Positions 38,665 to 43,553 of a stretch of 43,553 bases of DNA are shown here, piece after piece. The notes below the pieces were generated by a model. That model ran no database searches. It had not been told where the DNA came from and was given only the letters and a program-made list of their open reading frames with translations. Within the stretch, counting starts at the first letter, position 1. Each line of letters begins with the position of its first letter. The stretch spans positions 1-43,553 of the forward strand of contig JBDQPD010000016.1 in NCBI GenBank assembly GCA_040260805.1, read 5' to 3'. The translations under genes and the position numbers were made by a program. Source of the DNA: Myxococcota bacterium. GTDB taxonomy: Bacteria > Myxococcota > UBA4151.

Positions 38665-39021
38665 ATGAGTAAACTCAATCGCGTCGAGAAGCCATGGGGC
38701 TGGGAACTTTGGTGGGCTCATACCGAGCGTTACGTAGGTAAAACTTTGTTTATCAAAGCAGGGGAGCAACTATCTCTTCAGTATCATGAGCAAAAAGATG
38801 AGACGATCTTTATCCAAGAAGGTGAGATGCTTTTCATCGTCGATACTCACGATGGGCAAGGACTCCGAGAAGTGTTGATGAAGCCTGGCGACGCCTTTCA
38901 TGTGCGCCCGGGAACGATTCACCGAATGCGCGCCATCACCGATGTTTTGGTGCTCGAGGCGAGCACGCCAGAGGTCGAAGACGTGGTGCGCCTTGAAGAC
39001 AGTTACGGGCGGGTGACGTGA
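38665..39021 (+). CDS. Cupin protein (ManC/MPI C-terminal-like)
   Basis: EKPWG, LSLQYHEQKDET, PGTIHR and DVVRLEDSYGR motifs. Confidence 0.88.
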   Translation: MSKLNRVEKPWGWELWWAHTERYVGKTLFIKAGEQLSLQYHEQKDETIFIQEGEMLFIVDTHDGQGLREVLMKPGDAFHVRPGTIHRMRAITDVLVLEASTPEVEDVVRLEDSYGRVT

Positions 39022-39566
39022 CCTTGACGCTCGTTCTCTTCAGCCTTTTATGGGGTGCTCCTAGCGACCTATCGCGCGCCCTAGAGGATGCAACACGCGG
39101 GGCGAGAATGCCCGGTGATACTGTCGTATTGGATGGTTTGAAGCGTTTTGATGGCTCGAGGTTCCAGGCGAAAGCGCTTCCCCATATCGTGCGGGTTGTT
39201 CTGTTTATCGAGCCGCTCGATACGCAGGCGGGTATCGAACGATTGGCGTGGTGGAAACTCAACGCTAAAGCCCTCAGCCCAGGCGCTGATTTGATTGTGG
39301 TTCCGAGCGCCTCTCCGCGCTCTGATGCTGATTTGCAGCAGCTAGTTGCTGTTGATGACCCTGAGTGTTTGCTTGCTGCTCGATTTGGCTCTGTGCGCCT
39401 CTACGAAGGCAAGCTGGGTGCTTTACCCCTTGCCTTTGTGTTGGATGATTCAAACATTGTTCGAGCGATCATTGAGGCGGACAGCCCGGCTAAGCAGCTT
39501 GATCCGATCGCTCGAGCGGTTAAGACCTTACGCCGGCAGCTTAGCGAGCAAGTTGCTCCATTTTGA
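39018..39566 (+). CDS. Exported hypothetical protein, degenerate redoxin-like fold without CxxC
   Basis: Signal-like N-terminus. VDDPECLLAARFG and ALPLAFVLDDSNIVR echo the redoxin C-terminal half. GTGA overlap with the cupin gene. Confidence 0.55.
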   Translation: MTLTLVLFSLLWGAPSDLSRALEDATRGARMPGDTVVLDGLKRFDGSRFQAKALPHIVRVVLFIEPLDTQAGIERLAWWKLNAKALSPGADLIVVPSASPRSDADLQQLVAVDDPECLLAARFGSVRLYEGKLGALPLAFVLDDSNIVRAIIEADSPAKQLDPIARAVKTLRRQLSEQVAPF

Positions 39567-39581
39567 GATGAACCAAAGGCT

Positions 39582-41312
39582 ATGAGCACACTAAAAGATA
39601 CGCTTCGGTCGGTCTTGGACTCCGCACTCGCTTCAGCTTGTAAAGCTGGGGATTTGGTGACGGAGCGAGCACCTTTAGAGATGGTGGTTGAGCGCCCCAA
39701 GGACCAGTCTCATGGTCACCTTGCCAGCAACATTGCGATGATTCTGGCGCGGGTTGAGCGCAAAGCTCCTCGGCAGATCGCTGCCTTGATCCAAGCGCAT
39801 ATCGACACCTCCGATGGATTGATGGATCGAGTTGAAATCGCGGGTCCGGGGTTCATGAATTTCTTTTTCCATCCGGCCGCTTGGCACCAGGTACTCCCGG
39901 TGGTCGTCGCGGCTGGCGATCGTTACGGCTGGCAGCCGAGTAACGACCGACGGGTCAACGTCGAGTTCGTCTCGGCGAATCCGACCGGGCCGCTCCATAT
40001 TGGTCATGCGCGCGGCGCATTCACTGGCGACGCCGTCGCTCGGCTCCTCGAGGCTCAGGGGTGGCAGGTGACGCGTGAGTACTACGTCAACGACGCAGGT
40101 CGACAGGTACAGACTTTGGCGCGCTCCACACTCATTCGTTATCAGCAGGCTCTCGGTGAGTCGGTTGAGCTGCCTGAGGATCATTATCCTGGCGATTACG
40201 TGCATCAGATCGCCAAGCAAGCGCTGGATCAATTTGGCGAAGACTACCGGCATCAAGACCCCAGCCAAGATGGTGACTGGCTTGAGGTCTTTCGCGAACT
40301 GGCGGTGGCGCAGAACTTAGCTTGGATCAAAGCCGACTTAGCTCAGATGAACGTGCACTTCGATGTGTGGCAAAGTGAGCGTGAGCTGGTGGCACAAGGG
40401 GCTGTTGAGCAAGCCGTTAGTAGCCTCAAAGCCAGCGGCGATACGCTCTATGAGGACGAAGGAAAGCTTTGGTTTCGGAGCACCGATTTTGGTGACGACA
40501 AAGACCGTGTGGTGCTTAGAGACACCGGCGAAGGGACCTATTTCGCGAGCGATATTGCCTATCACAAACAAAAGATTGATCGAGGTTTTGATCGCTTGAT
40601 CGATATCTGGGGCGCAGATCACGGGGGCTATGTGAAGCGCGTCGAATCAGCCCTCGCGGCGCTCGGGTTACCGAGCGAGCGTTTTGAGGCGTTGCTGGTT
40701 CAGATGGTGAATTTGGTCAAAGACGGCGCAGCGTTTCGAATCGGCAAGCGAACCGGCAATATGATTTTGCTGAGTGAGCTGACCGAGACCGTCGGCGCTG
40801 ACGTGAGCCGGTATTTGTTTCTCAACCGACGCAGCGACGCACAGTATGACTTCGATATTGGCGTGGCGATGGAGCAAAGCCTCGAGAACCCGGTCTATTA
40901 TGTTCAGTATGGTCACGCTCGGCTCTGCGCGATTTTGCGGCGCGGTCAAGAACACGGACTCGAGCCTTGCGCCGCCGATGGCCCCGCTCTGACGGGTTTG
41001 GTCTTGGCCGATGAACTTGATCTGTTGCAGCGTATTGCGCAGTGGCCTGAGGTGCTCAAAGCGGCAGCCGAAGCACTCGAGCCGCATCGTGTAGCCAATT
41101 ATCTTGGTGACCTAGTGGCTGCGTTTCATGGCTACTACACGCGCAACCGCCAGGTGGCTCGGGTGGTTGATCCTGAGCACCCCGAGATGAGCTCGGCGAG
41201 ACTGCTGATGTGTCAATCGCTCGCTCAAACGATACGCTCGGGACTTGCGGTGCTTGGCGTCTCTGCACCCGAGCGGATGGAGAGCCCGCCCTCAGAGGAG
41301 ACTGCGGGGTGA
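39582..41312 (+). CDS. argS: Arginine--tRNA ligase
   Basis: AGPGFMNF, VEFVSANPTGPLHIGHARG (HIGH), REYYVND, WGADHGGY and NPVYYVQYGHAR motifs. Confidence 0.99.
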   Translation: MSTLKDTLRSVLDSALASACKAGDLVTERAPLEMVVERPKDQSHGHLASNIAMILARVERKAPRQIAALIQAHIDTSDGLMDRVEIAGPGFMNFFFHPAAWHQVLPVVVAAGDRYGWQPSNDRRVNVEFVSANPTGPLHIGHARGAFTGDAVARLLEAQGWQVTREYYVNDAGRQVQTLARSTLIRYQQALGESVELPEDHYPGDYVHQIAKQALDQFGEDYRHQDPSQDGDWLEVFRELAVAQNLAWIKADLAQMNVHFDVWQSERELVAQGAVEQAVSSLKASGDTLYEDEGKLWFRSTDFGDDKDRVVLRDTGEGTYFASDIAYHKQKIDRGFDRLIDIWGADHGGYVKRVESALAALGLPSERFEALLVQMVNLVKDGAAFRIGKRTGNMILLSELTETVGADVSRYLFLNRRSDAQYDFDIGVAMEQSLENPVYYVQYGHARLCAILRRGQEHGLEPCAADGPALTGLVLADELDLLQRIAQWPEVLKAAAEALEPHRVANYLGDLVAAFHGYYTRNRQVARVVDPEHPEMSSARLLMCQSLAQTIRSGLAVLGVSAPERMESPPSEETAG

Positions 41313-42013
41313 ACCAGATTGCGGTGGGACTGATCATTGGTGGTTTAGTTGGGTTTGGTATCGGCCTGACGCTAGCGCCTGACGTCGTGCTGTCTGGGAT
41401 TTCCGAAGACCAGCAAGAGCTGCTGTGCCTTGAAGAGCGCAGCCAGTTGATGGATGAGGTTCGCCAGGCGCTTAAGAAAATGGAGACCGCTCAGTGTGCT
41501 CAGGAAGCCCCTGTCGCAGATGAACTGCCAGTCGTGCCGGTTCAGCCAAAGCCTGACGAACCCCAAGCCGTTCTAGCCCCCAAGATTGAACCCAAGCCCG
41601 ACGTCGCGGATGATCAGATCAAGCCCGCGGTGGCGGCGCTGGGTCCAGCGAAACCAAAGGCCCCTATCCAGCCGAAAGCCGATCCGCCAAAACCGACGAT
41701 TAAGCCGACTCAGAAAGAGAAGGCTAAAACTGATCAGGCCGAGCCAACGGCTAAGAGCTCGGCGGGAACAGTTGGGGGGTGGATGGTTCAGCTGGTCGCT
41801 AGTCCAGACCCCGCAGAGGCGGGCAAGGTTGAGCGCAAGGCTCGCGCCTTGGGGTTGAACACACGAGTAGTGCTTGAAGAGCTACCTGACCAAAGCCGGA
41901 GTTTATACAAGGTTCGGGTCGGCCCCTTCGCCGACAAATCAGGTGGTGTGGAGGCCTTGCGGCGGATCAAGCGCGAGCTCAAGATCACCGGTTGGCTTCA
42001 TCGAGAAGATTAG
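41309..42013 (+). CDS. SPOR-domain protein (FtsN-like), single N-terminal TM
   Basis: GTG at 41309 overlaps the argS TGA. TM helix, Pro/Lys linker, SPOR motifs WMVQLVAS and YKVRVGPF. The argS-SPOR order is common in Proteobacteria. Confidence 0.88.
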   Translation: MNQIAVGLIIGGLVGFGIGLTLAPDVVLSGISEDQQELLCLEERSQLMDEVRQALKKMETAQCAQEAPVADELPVVPVQPKPDEPQAVLAPKIEPKPDVADDQIKPAVAALGPAKPKAPIQPKADPPKPTIKPTQKEKAKTDQAEPTAKSSAGTVGGWMVQLVASPDPAEAGKVERKARALGLNTRVVLEELPDQSRSLYKVRVGPFADKSGGVEALRRIKRELKITGWLHRED

Positions 42014-43553
42014 CCTGGAAGCCATCGCTCCAAGACCCTTTGGAGGTCTGCTTTGCGAAAGGGCTTCGCTAGATAGTCATTCATCCCGGCGTCGAGGCAG
42101 CGCTCGCGAGCGCCGCGCGTGGCATGAGCCGTCAGCGCTATAATCGGTAAGCTGTTTCGGTCGGTCTCATTGGCTCGGATGCGTTCGGTGACTTGGTAGC
42201 CATTCATTCCAGGCATCTCGCAATCCATGATGATCAAGTCGACCTCATCGGTTTCGATTTGGCTAAGAGCAGCTTGCCCATCGGAGGCTACGCTCACGAT
42301 GCACCCCAGCTGTTCGAGGGTCCATCGAGCGACCTTTTGATTGATCGGGTTGTCCTCGACAAGGAGCACTCGAGCGTCCTGGGTTCTTACGCTTTGAAGG
42401 TTGCGAACATTTTGAACGATCGACGGCTCGTTTGCTAACAAGAGCGGGAGCTTGACGATGAACTCAGCACCCTTCGGGTCTCGGTGATGAGCGCTGATCT
42501 GCCCCCCCATATGCTCAGCGAGCATCTGACAGATCGAAAGACCCAAGCCTAAGCCACCCTCGTCAGCGAACTCTTGGTGGTACTTTCTAAAGACTGAGCT
42601 GGCGTCGTCAGGGAGACCTTTGCCTGTGTCGACGACCTTGAAGATCAGCCATTTTCCCTCAGAATATGCCTTGATTTCAACCCAGCCGTCGTGGGTGAAT
42701 TTGAGCGAATTCTGGATCAGATTCGCTAGAATTTGGGTCGTTCGTTTCGCGTCAATCAGTACCCATCGAGGAAGCGTCGAGCGGTCCCAGTTGTAACGCA
42801 GCTCAAGCGTATCAGCGGTCACCGCACGCTCGGTCGTCGCTTGGATCTGATGCAACATCGAATGCAGATCGGTCGGGACGGGCTCGATACGCATCATCCC
42901 GACTTCAATCCGCGTCAGGTCAAACAGGTCGTCTAGTAAAAGGCTGAGCGTTTGGGCGCTGCTTGAAAGCACTTCATGGTATTGGGTTTGCTCGGCGGTT
43001 AGCTCGGTGCTTTGGAGCAATTGAATCGAGCCGGCCATCCCATTCATCGGGGTGCGAAGTTCATGGCTGACCGCAGCGAGAAAATCGCTCTTCGCCTGAC
43101 TCGCATTCTCCGCTTCAAGGCGAGCGGCGTCCAGCTGTCTCATCGTGGTTCGGTGTTCTTCGGCTTCGTTCGACAGAGCGAATCGGGCGCTCTCGACCTC
43201 GTCGACCTGTTGTCGAAGGTCATGACTCAACAAAAACCCGTCACGCGCTTCTCGTTCTAAGAGCCAATTGGTCACCGACCCCATTAAGACTGCAACGCTG
43301 AGGACCGACAGATCATGTGTAAAGTCAGCGCTTGGTATCGAGTGGTAGCGGCAGACCCCCACATACCCAAGAACGGTGGTGACGCCGATCCATAGGGCAT
43401 GATCCAGGCGCAGACGCAGCAAGGCCAGCAAGCCAAAGATCGTCAGTATGATCGAACTTTTCATGGTCGTGAATTGCTCGGTCGATGCAAAACTAAACGA
43501 GGCGAGCGCCGACAGCGAGCCAAAGAACGATATGACGAACATCGTTTTTTGAT
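42010..43553 (-). CDS. Hybrid sensor histidine kinase/response regulator (5' end outside window)
   Basis: TM region, H-box SHELRTPMNG, N-box NLIQNSLKFT, DTGKG and GLGLGL. REC motifs VEDN, MDCEMPG and KPF. Frame stays open to the window edge. Confidence 0.95.
   Translation of the reverse strand, partial: QKTMFVISFFGSLSALASFSFASTEQFTTMKSSIILTIFGLLALLRLRLDHALWIGVTTVLGYVGVCRYHSIPSADFTHDLSVLSVAVLMGSVTNWLLEREARDGFLLSHDLRQQVDEVESARFALSNEAEEHRTTMRQLDAARLEAENASQAKSDFLAAVSHELRTPMNGMAGSIQLLQSTELTAEQTQYHEVLSSSAQTLSLLLDDLFDLTRIEVGMMRIEPVPTDLHSMLHQIQATTERAVTADTLELRYNWDRSTLPRWVLIDAKRTTQILANLIQNSLKFTHDGWVEIKAYSEGKWLIFKVVDTGKGLPDDASSVFRKYHQEFADEGGLGLGLSICQMLAEHMGGQISAHHRDPKGAEFIVKLPLLLANEPSIVQNVRNLQSVRTQDARVLLVEDNPINQKVARWTLEQLGCIVSVASDGQAALSQIETDEVDLIIMDCEMPGMNGYQVTERIRANETDRNSLPIIALTAHATRGARERCLDAGMNDYLAKPFRKADLQRVLERWLPG

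Overview
GC-rich, densely coding bacterial chromosome segment with about 30 CDSs. The gene content points to Myxococcota or a related deltaproteobacterial lineage (inference): Cys-rich repeat lipoproteins, a MYXO-CTERM-like tail, DUF4388-like and J-domain regulators, a Hanks kinase, PP2C and FHA-GGDEF. Core genes (rpsO-pnp-hisS, ftsK, yhbY, rfbB-rfbD, argS-SPOR) are interleaved with three accessory groups. The first is a set of disulfide-rich surface proteins plus envelope folding/processing factors (TlpA-like redoxin, lipoprotein cyclophilin, rhomboid, M4/M36-like protease). The second is a phospho-Thr/cyclic-nucleotide signalling cluster (Ser/Thr kinase, PP2C-cNMP phosphatase, FHA-GGDEF cyclase) in which the kinase tail and the cyclase N-terminus share a short [ED][KR]T-x-[IV]-[SL] motif. 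The third is an unrecognised 1193-aa, leaderless, beta-strand-rich protein directly downstream of the cyclase. I could not support any rRNA, tRNA, CRISPR array or mobile element. All calls come from motif reading, with no database searches.
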